A stretch of 64,000 nucleotides of DNA, taken from IMG/VR virus record IMGVR_UViG_3300017963_000189, one strand, 5' to 3'. Of this stretch, positions 9,964 through 20,800 are shown piece by piece. Numbering within the stretch: the stretch's first letter is position 1; every line of letters starts with the position of its first letter. A model generated the notes under the pieces. That model saw nothing but the letters and a program-made list of their open reading frames with translations, was not told the DNA's origin and did no database searches. Both the position numbers and the translations under genes were made by a program. Source of the DNA: a virus (taxonomy: Duplodnaviria > Caudoviricetes).

Positions 9964-10254
9964 TTACTCTCCAAGAACCGGTCTACTTCCAGATATTCCT
10001 TCTATCGCATCTTCTAACGCATTTATTGTATTTTGATGTACAAATTCAAATTCATTGAAATTATTTTCAATCGCGTCAGCTATATCAATTTCATATCCCT
10101 TTCCATCCATCCAATCTTGTAAATTTTGAATCCTTACCTGAAGAGCAACATCAAGTCCTCTGTCGCCACGAAAACGTTCCCTCTCACTTCGTTGAATCTT
10201 CACTTCATCATTTATTCTATTCCATTCTTCCATAAGTAAATCTAAATCACTCAT
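9964..10254 (-). CDS. Acidic helical hypothetical protein
   Basis: 96 aa ORF with SD AGGAG, tightly packed in the operon. Confidence 0.7.
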   Translation of the reverse strand: MSDLDLLMEEWNRINDEVKIQRSERERFRGDRGLDVALQVRIQNLQDWMDGKGYEIDIADAIENNFNEFEFVHQNTINALEDAIEGISGSRPVLGE

Positions 10255-10266
10255 ATAAAACTCCTA

Positions 10267-13131
10267 TTATGTATTTGTTACAACATATACCCAAAATTGA
10301 TGATATTTCTCTAAATCGGCCTCCGGGATCGCATACATATATGAATTTGCACGACCACTATAAATTTCTGTAGCAGCAGCTTCATCTAAATCTCCCTCAA
10401 CAAGTTCAGCATCTTTCTTTATCGTTACACTCGCAAATCGTCTATCATTTGGTACATCGTATTGTATATAATAATGTTCAGTCATATTCACAACCTCAAG
10501 ATTTGTTACATCGGCTACTTGACCGGATGAAGATGCTGCGGCAGTAGCAGCGGTTGATCTTTTACCTGCTTTCAACGCATATACTCTATAATCTAAACTT
10601 CCACTTATTGTAAATGAGTTGTCTATTATAGTCATTGGATCAGTTATACTATCTTCTTTTACTAAACCAACTAAACTATACGCATTATGAGCTCCACCTT
10701 CCGCTCTCCAAACTTCGTATTCATTTATTCCAAGTGTCGCTGAAGCAGAAAAGGACACACTAAATGTATCAGTATTATCAGTTAATGTTACACTTGTTGG
10801 AGCATTTGGAACACTTTGAGATATGTCGCCATAAATAGCTGATCCAGAAAGAAATCCATTTGTGATAAGATTACCTGTACTTGCATTCAATGACATACAA
10901 GGTACAGTACCATACGACCAAATAAAACCTCTATCAGTTCCACTGGACATTATATTAGCTATATAATAACTTGATACTTCACCATGCATATATGTAGCAC
11001 CAGTTTGCATATGAATTCCATATACGGTCGGTGGATTACTCCACAAACCTAAACCATATGTTGTATTAGCACCAATTTGAATTATTCCGGCAACCGAAAG
11101 TGCACGATTAGGAACAGTATTTATACCTACATTTCCACCAAATGTCGCACCATTACTTGCTGAGAAAACGGACGCACTTACCATATTCCATACGTGTAAT
11201 GAATGACTATTTGCTAATTGTAAGTTTGGATCACTCGTTCCTATTCCTACATAACTTCCGGTAACTCTAAGTGTGTAGTCGCCAAATGTTCCCATTGTTA
11301 CGGTGTCCTCGGCTTCAACGGATAAAATAGGAATACCACTTATATCATTTACCTCAAATAATGTACCAACAAATGAATCTCTTACTTGGAATAATGAACC
11401 TTGACTACCCTCTATATTCAATACGGTCGAACCACTTGAATAAACATGAAGTGGATATGAAGGCACAGTTCCTATTCCAACTCCATAACTATGTGACGCA
11501 TATAACATACTTGATGAAATAAATCCGGTTGCTCCATCAATACGTAATGTTTCGCCTTGTGTCGTATATACTCTCGTGTCAACGTCACCACTCGTAGAAT
11601 CACCAAGAATAACTGAGTCGCCATTGTTTATCTGCATTAGATTTGATCCTGCAGAATAAAAATGATGTTGTGTAGATGTCATTCTATGATATGTGTTTGT
11701 CGGCCCATCCCAAGCACGAAGATATTCATTTACAAGTATGTCGCCATTTACACTTAAATGATATGTTCCTCGTGTAGTATTGATCCCAACTTTACCTTCA
11801 ACCTCTAACGATGAAGCTGATACAACAGAACCAGACAACCATATTTGTGATTTTCTAAATCGAGCTATTTCAGTATTATCGGAATAAATATTAACTTCAT
11901 GACCATTTCCAGTATCACCGGCTCTTATTTGTAACTCACCATTTTGTGCTATTGATTGAATAGAATGAAATACAGAATTATTTGATTCAAAATAAATAGC
12001 ATTTGTATCGGTGGTATCTTGACTTTCTATTCTTAGTGCAGTTGAACCCGTCGAATACACATGAAGTTGTGAAACGGGCGTTGCTGTTCCTATTCCTAAT
12101 CTTCCTGCTCTATCTAATATCATTCGATACGCAGCACCTGCAACGGCCCATGAAATTTTATTCCATGTTCCACTACCCATTTGTAATTCATCTGTAGCAA
12201 GACCGGTCGCTACCCACAATGTTGTTCCACTTGCATTCCTTATCCTATATCCTTGTGTATTGTCAACAACTATATATCCATCACGCACTTCTAATTTATC
12301 AATAGGATTGTCCGTTCCAATACCTACATTACCATTCGCATCTATTCTCATTCGTTCATTTGTATGTCCTGCAGTATAAAATCGTATCACTCCACTGGCA
12401 TGGCGGGCTAATATAGATAATCCACCAGAAAGATTTTCCTCAGTCGCTAAAATTCCACCATCTTGTACATACGCACCAGCCGTAGTATATCCAGTTCCAA
12501 GAGTTATTATTCTACATGATGAATCAATAGAACCAGCATTTGATGTAATAAGTTGTGAACTTACAGTTGTTCCAGCATTAGGATTGTTCACCATCAGTTG
12601 TGTATTACCATCTTGACTTTTTTCTACGTGAACAAACATAGACGGATTCGTTGTACCAATACCTACATTACCATTTCCACTAACAAACATATATTCGTCA
12701 CCAATTTGTAATAAATCGTCAGCTCCACTTCCACTTATATTGAGTTTTACCGTTCCTGGCGAAGAATTTCCTATTCCTACATAACTACCGGTTACAAATA
12801 ATGTATATTTATTATATGTTCCTGCTATAACAGTGTCTGTGGCTTGAACTTCTAATATTGGAAGTCCAGATTGATCGTTGACCTCAAATAAAGTTCCTAC
12901 AAATGAATCTTGTACAGAAAATAATGTTCCTTGACTTCCCTCTACATTGAATATAGTTGATCCGCTTGAATATATGTGTAAAGGATATGACGGATTTGTA
13001 CCAATACCAACGTCACCACTTCCACTTATTATCAGGTCGCCACTACTCGCGGAAATGATTGAATCTATTTCACCATCAGTCCTAAACCTTATCGATCCCG
13101 ATCTCGGGACTATAAATACGTCTGTCGCCAC
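10267..13131 (-). CDS. Tail fibre/adhesin with GIGT repeats and C-terminal Fn3-like domain
   Basis: 954 aa, GTG start with SD GGAG; duplicated ~80-aa module (PSYPLHxYSSGST...FEVNDxSGxPIL); C-terminal VPNAPTSVTLT...YEVWRA...YRVYA pattern typical of Fn3. Confidence 0.75.
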   Translation of the reverse strand: MATDVFIVPRSGSIRFRTDGEIDSIISASSGDLIISGSGDVGIGTNPSYPLHIYSSGSTIFNVEGSQGTLFSVQDSFVGTLFEVNDQSGLPILEVQATDTVIAGTYNKYTLFVTGSYVGIGNSSPGTVKLNISGSGADDLLQIGDEYMFVSGNGNVGIGTTNPSMFVHVEKSQDGNTQLMVNNPNAGTTVSSQLITSNAGSIDSSCRIITLGTGYTTAGAYVQDGGILATEENLSGGLSILARHASGVIRFYTAGHTNERMRIDANGNVGIGTDNPIDKLEVRDGYIVVDNTQGYRIRNASGTTLWVATGLATDELQMGSGTWNKISWAVAGAAYRMILDRAGRLGIGTATPVSQLHVYSTGSTALRIESQDTTDTNAIYFESNNSVFHSIQSIAQNGELQIRAGDTGNGHEVNIYSDNTEIARFRKSQIWLSGSVVSASSLEVEGKVGINTTRGTYHLSVNGDILVNEYLRAWDGPTNTYHRMTSTQHHFYSAGSNLMQINNGDSVILGDSTSGDVDTRVYTTQGETLRIDGATGFISSSMLYASHSYGVGIGTVPSYPLHVYSSGSTVLNIEGSQGSLFQVRDSFVGTLFEVNDISGIPILSVEAEDTVTMGTFGDYTLRVTGSYVGIGTSDPNLQLANSHSLHVWNMVSASVFSASNGATFGGNVGINTVPNRALSVAGIIQIGANTTYGLGLWSNPPTVYGIHMQTGATYMHGEVSSYYIANIMSSGTDRGFIWSYGTVPCMSLNASTGNLITNGFLSGSAIYGDISQSVPNAPTSVTLTDNTDTFSVSFSASATLGINEYEVWRAEGGAHNAYSLVGLVKEDSITDPMTIIDNSFTISGSLDYRVYALKAGKRSTAATAAASSSGQVADVTNLEVVNMTEHYYIQYDVPNDRRFASVTIKKDAELVEGDLDEAAATEIYSGRANSYMYAIPEADLEKYHQFWVYVVTNT

Positions 13132-13158
13132 TTAATTTCTCCAATTATACCTTGTAAG

Positions 13159-13166
13159 TATAAATA
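13159..13166 (-). promoter_or_regulatory. TATTTATA late-promoter core
   Basis: Intergenic TATTTATA about 28 nt before the GTG at 13131. Confidence 0.5.
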
Positions 13167-13169
13167 TTA

Positions 13170-13901
13170 TTATTTACCAAATCTACCCCTTGTTGATAAA
13201 TAATTCTCATATATTTCTTCATCACTCAATACTCTATCATAAAATAAAACTTGTCCAATAGCACCATTTGGAACATATGCATTATCCCTACCAAAATATG
13301 TTACTCCAGAACCATTATCCACTTGTTTTACGTGCGCACAAGTGTCAGGATTTTCAACTCTTATATTTCCATCTACATACATCTTTATACCTTCAGTAGA
13401 TGAAAGTGTAATCGTATGATGTCTCCAAGTACCATTAGGATGTGATACCGGAAATGGATCAAGAGCTGTTGGATAATAACTTCCGGTTCCGGTTACATCC
13501 ATACGCATCGTTATTCTATTTATTGAACCTCCACTATTTACAACACTAACCCAAAAAAGATTTCCATTTACTCCAGTTATCATTTGATGATACGCATCAG
13601 TTGGAATTGTACCACCACCTGCCGACCCATCGCGGCGCCACCAATATTGTAAAGTAAAATCAGTTGTAGCTTGAGTAATAGGCCCATTAGTAGAATTTCT
13701 AATTTGAGTTGGATGTGTACCATCAAATATAATACGATCTTCCGTATCAAATTGACTATGACTTACTTGTGCATCAAACTTAGCATTATTGACTTTATCA
13801 TACCAATAATCACTTCCACTTACCCAACTTTGGCGATCTTCCCAATCCATACACCAAACTAAACCACTTTGTATTATTCTTCCGCCACCAAATCCGCTCA
13901 T
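13170..13901 (-). CDS. LamG/concanavalin-like (Laminin_G_3) protein
   Basis: FTLQYWWR...WRHHTIT...KMYVDG...IGQVLFYDRVLSDEEI pattern. Confidence 0.8.
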   Translation of the reverse strand: MSGFGGGRIIQSGLVWCMDWEDRQSWVSGSDYWYDKVNNAKFDAQVSHSQFDTEDRIIFDGTHPTQIRNSTNGPITQATTDFTLQYWWRRDGSAGGGTIPTDAYHQMITGVNGNLFWVSVVNSGGSINRITMRMDVTGTGSYYPTALDPFPVSHPNGTWRHHTITLSSTEGIKMYVDGNIRVENPDTCAHVKQVDNGSGVTYFGRDNAYVPNGAIGQVLFYDRVLSDEEIYENYLSTRGRFGK

Positions 13902-15388
13902 TTTCCAAACCTCGATCTTTCACTACTAAAATTATTCCTTATTTCATCAGAATTTAAAGCTCGTTGATATATCCTTACTATAGCAATACTTCCGCTAAAT
14001 ACAGCCGCTGCTGCAGCATCAGGTACAGTAGCACTATATCTAAAAGCACCTATATACAATGGATTTGTTGTATCGGCACTTCCACTCAATGCTGGATCTG
14101 ATATTTCCGGTCCAGCTTCTTGACCATCAACATAAAATGACATTGTTGTATCACTCCTAACACCAACCGTATGATACCAAGTATCTAATGACGCGGACGC
14201 AATAGAATATACTTGTTGTGTCGTGTTTTCCGCATCAGCAATAGCGAATCGTAATGCTTCAGAACTATGATGTCCTATAAACCATTCATTTGTTCCGGCT
14301 AACGCACCAGTATTCCACAAACCTAATATAACAAAATGATAGTTTGACAAATCTTTACCTATTGACCATACTTCGGCAGTAAAATCCCCTTCATCAAAAT
14401 GTAAATCAGGTATATCATCCCTCAAAACTACCGCATAACTATTAGCACCATCTATTTGAAACGCATTGTTATTCCAAATCGCAGCTCCATCCCTAAATGA
14501 TGCTGATATTGTTGTGTCTACTAAATTATATACATCATTACCACTTTCAGGATAACTTTCAGAATTAGCAGCATCAATATGGAATACTAAACTTTCTGTA
14601 ACATAAACAACTTCACTCACATCATTTATACTCATATATCTTCCTTTTGTCGCCAGATAGTTTGTCGTCCTTTCTTCCTCACTCAAAATCCTATTGTATA
14701 CCTTCAATCCACTCGTCTTTCCCTCAAACCATTTATTTGGGGCAGCAAGACCGGTATTCGTTCCTTTCTCCTTTCCAAGTTGTATATCATTTGTCGCCCG
14801 TCCTACGCCAGACCACGAGGCAAACGTGGCGACATCAAACGCTATTGTTCCTTGTAACTCATTGTCAATGTATAATGACATCGTTCCATTTACCATGTCA
14901 CGAGATAATACGCCTTGATGCCATTCACCTTTAGAAACAATCGTCTCAATAGAACGATATGTCGCTCCATATAAACCACCTGCATCCTGAATTAATGACG
15001 CAACTACCCCCGCATTATCAGTTAAAGGAACTGGAAGCGTCCCAGTTACATAACATGCCCCAACCGTTGGACGTGACCACGTTCCTGCAGTTCCTAAATA
15101 TCCAAACATACCTGCTGATTCAGATTGAAATGTGTCAATGTTGAACCAACACTCTATCGTCGAATCTGAGCGATGCCAGAGCGCGTTATCCCACTCTATT
15201 TTGTCGTCCACACCATCAAATTGAAAATAACTTCCGGTTAATTGTGGATTTCCACTTATATCACCATTGTAATTTCCTGCTAAGTCAACCATCGTTGAAC
15301 TACCACTTACATAACTCTTACGATTATAAGTGTCGGCATATAATACTAATCCATTTGTCACGGTTCTTGGATTATGATAAAAACTCAT
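13898..15388 (-). CDS. Double LamG-domain protein
   Basis: Two repeats of TxExWF...WxH/Q...xYxDG/N...xYNRxLSxEE; both start with GLVLYxD / SLVFHID cap motifs. Confidence 0.8.
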   Translation of the reverse strand: MSFYHNPRTVTNGLVLYADTYNRKSYVSGSSTMVDLAGNYNGDISGNPQLTGSYFQFDGVDDKIEWDNALWHRSDSTIECWFNIDTFQSESAGMFGYLGTAGTWSRPTVGACYVTGTLPVPLTDNAGVVASLIQDAGGLYGATYRSIETIVSKGEWHQGVLSRDMVNGTMSLYIDNELQGTIAFDVATFASWSGVGRATNDIQLGKEKGTNTGLAAPNKWFEGKTSGLKVYNRILSEEERTTNYLATKGRYMSINDVSEVVYVTESLVFHIDAANSESYPESGNDVYNLVDTTISASFRDGAAIWNNNAFQIDGANSYAVVLRDDIPDLHFDEGDFTAEVWSIGKDLSNYHFVILGLWNTGALAGTNEWFIGHHSSEALRFAIADAENTTQQVYSIASASLDTWYHTVGVRSDTTMSFYVDGQEAGPEISDPALSGSADTTNPLYIGAFRYSATVPDAAAAAVFSGSIAIVRIYQRALNSDEIRNNFSSERSRFGK

Positions 15389-17883
15389 TAGTCAGTAAAC
15401 TCCCATTTTAACGCATCGTAATTTTTTCTTATTTCGCCATCATCCAATGTCTTACCATATACTAATACGGCTCCAACTCTCGTTTTCACAAATTGTTCGG
15501 CATATGAATACCATTGCCATCTACCAAATCTCATTGGTTCAGTATTTTGTATGTCTGGCGATGGTATTGTGTTCCAAGCAAAATTCACCGTACTTTGTGA
15601 TGTTTGATACTCTCCATCTAAATATAATTTCATATCGTCACCATCCCATGTATATGTCATACTGTGCCAGGAACCTGTATCTATAGCTTTACTTCTCATT
15701 GTTATCTTGTATGCATCTATCTCGTTTTCCCAACACAATTCTTCTTTATCAAGTATAATAGCATTTTTCCACAAATCACAATTATAAATAAATTTATCAT
15801 CTATATACACACCATAAGGAAAATTACTTATCATTTGTTTAGGCTCTTGACCAGCGGCATATGTATAAGTAGCTAATTGATTCCATTCGTGATCAAATCG
15901 TCTTATGTGTCGCCCATCATCAAATATATAAAATGTATTTGTATCTTTATCAAACTTTATATGATATGGATCATTGTTTGTCGTTTCATCCACATATTCT
16001 AAATCCTTTGTGAATCGTTGTATTCTATGTGTTGTGTAATCACACGTATAAACATAACTTTCGCTTATAGCAACACCCGCAATATTCGTAAATTCATGTA
16101 ATCCCGTTCCGGCAGCAGGCGCTTCAGATTGTGAAATACCTTTGTAAACACCAGATCCAGTTAATCCTAATGTAACCATACTATCTACGTGTACTTTTTT
16201 GATCCTATAATTGTTTTGATCGGCGACAAACGCCCATCGATTCTCCCAATCGATGTCGAAGTCCCGGGGATCGTGCCAACCATTCGTCGTTTTACTAGCA
16301 GCTCCATCCCAACTCTCAGTTACACCTACTGTTGCCCAACCATTCCAACGACCCTTCAAAAATCCATCGCCATCTTTGTTACTCCACCAAATAAATCCAG
16401 TTGGTTCAGTCGCTCCCTCAGGCATAAAAAATCTCGGCTCTTGATAACATCCATTCCACGGATCATCTAATGCTGGTGTACCAGTATGTGTTCCATTTCC
16501 AACCTCATGAAAATTACCATGTTCCGTTTGACGAAACACTCTCCATTGATCACTACGATTGCTTATCATAACATGACTTCCACTCGCATAAATAGATTTC
16601 GGAGCATACGAATACCAACCATTACCCTTTGTAGGCATTAATTGTATCGTCCCAGATATTTGTAATGTCGTTTTATCAAGTTTTACTACTTTATATACAC
16701 CATCGGCCGTTGTATAAAAAATATGTTTATCAGTTACAGATATACCTATCGGCCTACTTGATACTGCTGTTGCATTTAATGATTGTGTATGATTTACATA
16801 TCTTAGTTGTTTATCATATATTGAAATCCTCTCATTATTATAATCAGCTACATAAATATATTCTTGATCACAAGCTATTCCCCACGGGTCACTAAATTGA
16901 TGTTGTCCACTTCCAAGAGAACCCGTTGACATAAGTAAAGAACAAGAATCTTGTGATAACTTGTGAATAGAATCCCATCCTGCACTTGTAGCATAAACAA
17001 ATGATCCAGTCGATAAAGGTAATTTATCTATACAAACACCAGTTGTCGTGTTGATATGAGAAGCTGATACTCCAGCTGCTCCATAATTTCCGCCCCATTT
17101 TCTGTCTTGACATATCCAACCAGTCAATCCATTATACGCATTTGATCTATTTGCACGATATACAAATTCATCGTTAAAATCAACATCATATCCATACACA
17201 TTATTCGCCAATGGATCGCCACTTGGATAGTTCCACCGATACATTCTTGATCCAACACTTGATTTATATTGATCAGCATCATACCAACCCATCCAAGCAT
17301 CATATAATCCAATAACAAGAAATGAAGCACTATCCATCGCCATTCCACGTGCATAAGTACATGGATCAGTATGTTGAATTGAATATGACCATTTTGTATA
17401 TGTTGGTTGCATTGTGTCAGCATCAAAAAATATAATCCCATTGTGATTATTACTTACATTACAATGAGCTATTCCATAACTTCCAGATACGGCTATACCG
17501 TATGGAGCATGGATTGCTTGCGGCATTACATACAATACTAAATGATTTGTACCCGTTAAAAAAAGATTGAATTGATTTCCTTTTTCAAATATATATCCAT
17601 CATTACTATCGGCTTTAAACCATACCGTCATTGAATATGAACCAGTTCTTGGATTTAAGGCATATGAATCTATTGATCCTATTTCAGCAGTTCCTAATGT
17701 ATCAAATGTTCGTCGGCGACCCTTTACCTCAACTTGTGAACTACTTACTACATATGTTATTTGTCCACTTCCAAGAGAATCTTCCCATGTGTCGCCACCA
17801 TTATACCCTTGTATGTTAAACCCATGTACAAAATATTTTAATTGATCGCCAACTATTGGCTTTAATCCATAATATGTACTCAT
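15388..17883 (-). CDS. LamG domain split by an NHL-repeat beta-propeller
   Basis: N-half YSMTVWFKAD; NHL repeats QFSDPWGIACDQEYIYVADYNNERI and EFTNIAGVAISESYVYTCDYTTHRI; C-half WHSMTYTWDGDDMKLYLDG...VLVYGKTLDDGEI. Confidence 0.75.
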   Translation of the reverse strand: MSTYYGLKPIVGDQLKYFVHGFNIQGYNGGDTWEDSLGSGQITYVVSSSQVEVKGRRRTFDTLGTAEIGSIDSYALNPRTGSYSMTVWFKADSNDGYIFEKGNQFNLFLTGTNHLVLYVMPQAIHAPYGIAVSGSYGIAHCNVSNNHNGIIFFDADTMQPTYTKWSYSIQHTDPCTYARGMAMDSASFLVIGLYDAWMGWYDADQYKSSVGSRMYRWNYPSGDPLANNVYGYDVDFNDEFVYRANRSNAYNGLTGWICQDRKWGGNYGAAGVSASHINTTTGVCIDKLPLSTGSFVYATSAGWDSIHKLSQDSCSLLMSTGSLGSGQHQFSDPWGIACDQEYIYVADYNNERISIYDKQLRYVNHTQSLNATAVSSRPIGISVTDKHIFYTTADGVYKVVKLDKTTLQISGTIQLMPTKGNGWYSYAPKSIYASGSHVMISNRSDQWRVFRQTEHGNFHEVGNGTHTGTPALDDPWNGCYQEPRFFMPEGATEPTGFIWWSNKDGDGFLKGRWNGWATVGVTESWDGAASKTTNGWHDPRDFDIDWENRWAFVADQNNYRIKKVHVDSMVTLGLTGSGVYKGISQSEAPAAGTGLHEFTNIAGVAISESYVYTCDYTTHRIQRFTKDLEYVDETTNNDPYHIKFDKDTNTFYIFDDGRHIRRFDHEWNQLATYTYAAGQEPKQMISNFPYGVYIDDKFIYNCDLWKNAIILDKEELCWENEIDAYKITMRSKAIDTGSWHSMTYTWDGDDMKLYLDGEYQTSQSTVNFAWNTIPSPDIQNTEPMRFGRWQWYSYAEQFVKTRVGAVLVYGKTLDDGEIRKNYDALKWEFTD

Positions 17884-20800
17884 TTATCTCTTGTACTCCA
17901 CATTTAATTTCTTTATATCCTTTCTTTCGCCATATACTACATAATAATACTCTGGCTTTCTCCTATCAAACCAACTCTTGTTCTTTATCTCTATTCTCCT
18001 ACTTGTCGCCGAAACTACATAAAGATTTTGTGGACGACCAATCGGTGTTAGAGTCACTGTTATAGAATCTTCGTCAACTAAGTTATACCAATAGTTAGGT
18101 AACTCAATAATGTTCCCTCTCGTCTTGCCTCGATAATATATACCATACTCAGGACCTTCAAGTGATCCATAACGTAATCTATGTCCAGGTTTTGTTGGAT
18201 GTCCAATGTCAAATGATTTAGCTTCAGCAAAAAATGTTCCACTAACATGAACATCACCGAATCGAGAAATATATCCATCACTGGCAGTCCAATACGCATT
18301 ATCAGCCGTTACATTTGTAAGATTTGAACCATTACCATAATACGTTGAGGCAGAAACATCACCGGTGACGTTCAAACTTCCACTTATATTTACACTCGAT
18401 GTAAATTGAGAACTCAAACCGGCATTCTCAATAAATAAACCATGTCTATCAGCTTGAGCGTCTTGAAATCCTAACCATATACTATTATCATTGTTATTAG
18501 TTAGTCTGTTTGCCGTTGAAGTTCCAGCACCAATTACAAATGTGTTTTCACTTGAACCTATTTCAATAAATTTACCAGCAATCAAAAATGTATCAGGATA
18601 AGCATTAGTTACAAGATTATCTTGTCCACCAAGAACAACACCATCAATACCACCTTGTATTGTATTACGTATACCACCAATTATCGTGACGGCATACGGA
18701 TCGCCTATCATATTAGCACCATACGCACCAAGAACAGCACAATTAAATGCTCCATCACCAAATCTATTTTGTTCTCCACCAAGAATGATAGAATAGTCAG
18801 ATGAACCAGATAATTCTTGTGCGTCTCCACCAATAATCACAGAATAATTAGAATCATTTAAAATACCACTTTCAACACCTAACATTACAGCAAGATAAGA
18901 ACCAGAAATTGTAGCACCAAGTGCGTTAGCAAAAGTATAAGCTGAATTATTTATAAGTAACGTATCACCAAATGCGAATACTTCAGAATTATTACTCGTT
19001 ATATTATTATCAAATCCTGCAATCAAACCATTCGAAAAATCACTAACATAATGATTTGAACCAACAATCAAACTTCCAAAAACATCGTCCACTATTCCGG
19101 TTGTATTGTCAGCAAAATCACATACAATAGAGCCCCATATCCTACTTGCTGTTTTAGCAGCTGTAAATGGATTTAATACCACAATAGAACCGGTAATGTC
19201 TTGAACAGTTAATGGAATGTCAGTTGATGGATTGCGTCTTCCAATAATAACAAGAGATTCTTCAAGTCCGGTTACATTACTTTGATATTTACCGGCGATA
19301 AGTACAGAATTATTAACATCGAGACTTCCTGTTATTGTAACATCACTCACACGTTCAATGTGACCATCAGCAAATGAACCGGTCCACAATCCACCTTCAC
19401 CCGGTGATATGTTTGTAAGTCCAGATCCATCACCAATAAAAGATGAAGCACTAACTTGTCCAGTAAACCAAGAATTATCATAACTTATTAACGCAGCAAC
19501 TACATCATTTTCAGCAAATCTATGTTCACCACCATTAGGCACATTATACCAAAAATCATTTGTTGTAAATCCATTTCCAATGTATCTTAGTGACGCACCC
19601 GGTGATCCAGCAGCAACATTCGTCATAATAAATCGTGATGCTCTAACACTTCCACTAACCTCTAACTTTTGTGTTGGATTAGTCATTCCAATACCAACGT
19701 TACCGGTTAAACCAGATCCCCAGCGACCAGGTTGTAAGATTAGATCAGCACTTTGAGTTGCTTCCATATAACCATATGTACCATTGTAACCAATAGCCAT
19801 AAATTCAGTATCAGTTGGATCACCTATTCTAAAATACGCATCAGATGTAACACCATATGAACGAAGTTTCATATATTGTGTTCCAGCTTTTGTCGCATCA
19901 AAAATAAATCCACGAGTAGTTGTGTCGCCAGAACCACTAAACATCCAATAATCATCGTCAGCATTTTCAACGAATTTTATAGTCATTTGTTGTGGCGATG
20001 CATTAAGAGTCAAATCACCACTACTATTTAATAATAATCTCGCCGTTCCAGATCCAGCTCCAGTTGTCGCACCACTCCTAATACCAAATATACCATTATC
20101 ATTCATTATGTTATATGTATGAACACTCGATTCTAAGAAAAATCGAGCACTATCAGTATTATCATTTGTGTCGGGACTAAGAACTAATCCGTTTGCTCCG
20201 GCAGCAGTTATATCTAATGTAGTTGATGGAGTAGCTGTATTTATTCCTACATTACTAAATCTATGTATGTCGCCACCCGAAGCAGTCCAATATCCTTGTG
20301 ATAAACCACTAAGTTGTGAACCATCACCATAAAAACGGGACGCAGATACGTCACTCCAAACATGAAGTGAAGCGGTTCCGACAGCAGGTTGAGCCGTTCC
20401 TATTCCAACATTACTACCGGTAACCACAAGAGCATTAGTGTTGAATTTTCCGGCGACAACTCGATCATCGTCAAATACCTCTAATATAGGTAATCCACTT
20501 ATATCACTTACAGCAAATAAACTTCCACTCAATTCATCTAATACTTGGAATAGAGCACCATTTTGACCCTCAACTAAAAAGGCTCTACTTCCGGTATCTT
20601 GTGAATAAACATGAAGTTTAGCATCAACACTACTTCCACTTACACCAATACCAACAGAATTTGATCCACTATTCAACCATACTACTGACGCACTCTCTTG
20701 CCAGATTGACGCAGATAAGGCGACATTTGGATCGGTTGAAGTTCCTGCATTCTCAGCATATGACGCTGTTACAGCAAATAAAGATGTGCTCGATGAAATA

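Noticed and set aside
13096-13109. TCCCGA-TC-TCGGGA inverted repeat near the start of the 954-aa gene
   Set aside because: Short, inside coding sequence, with a 2-nt loop and no U-tract; probably chance.
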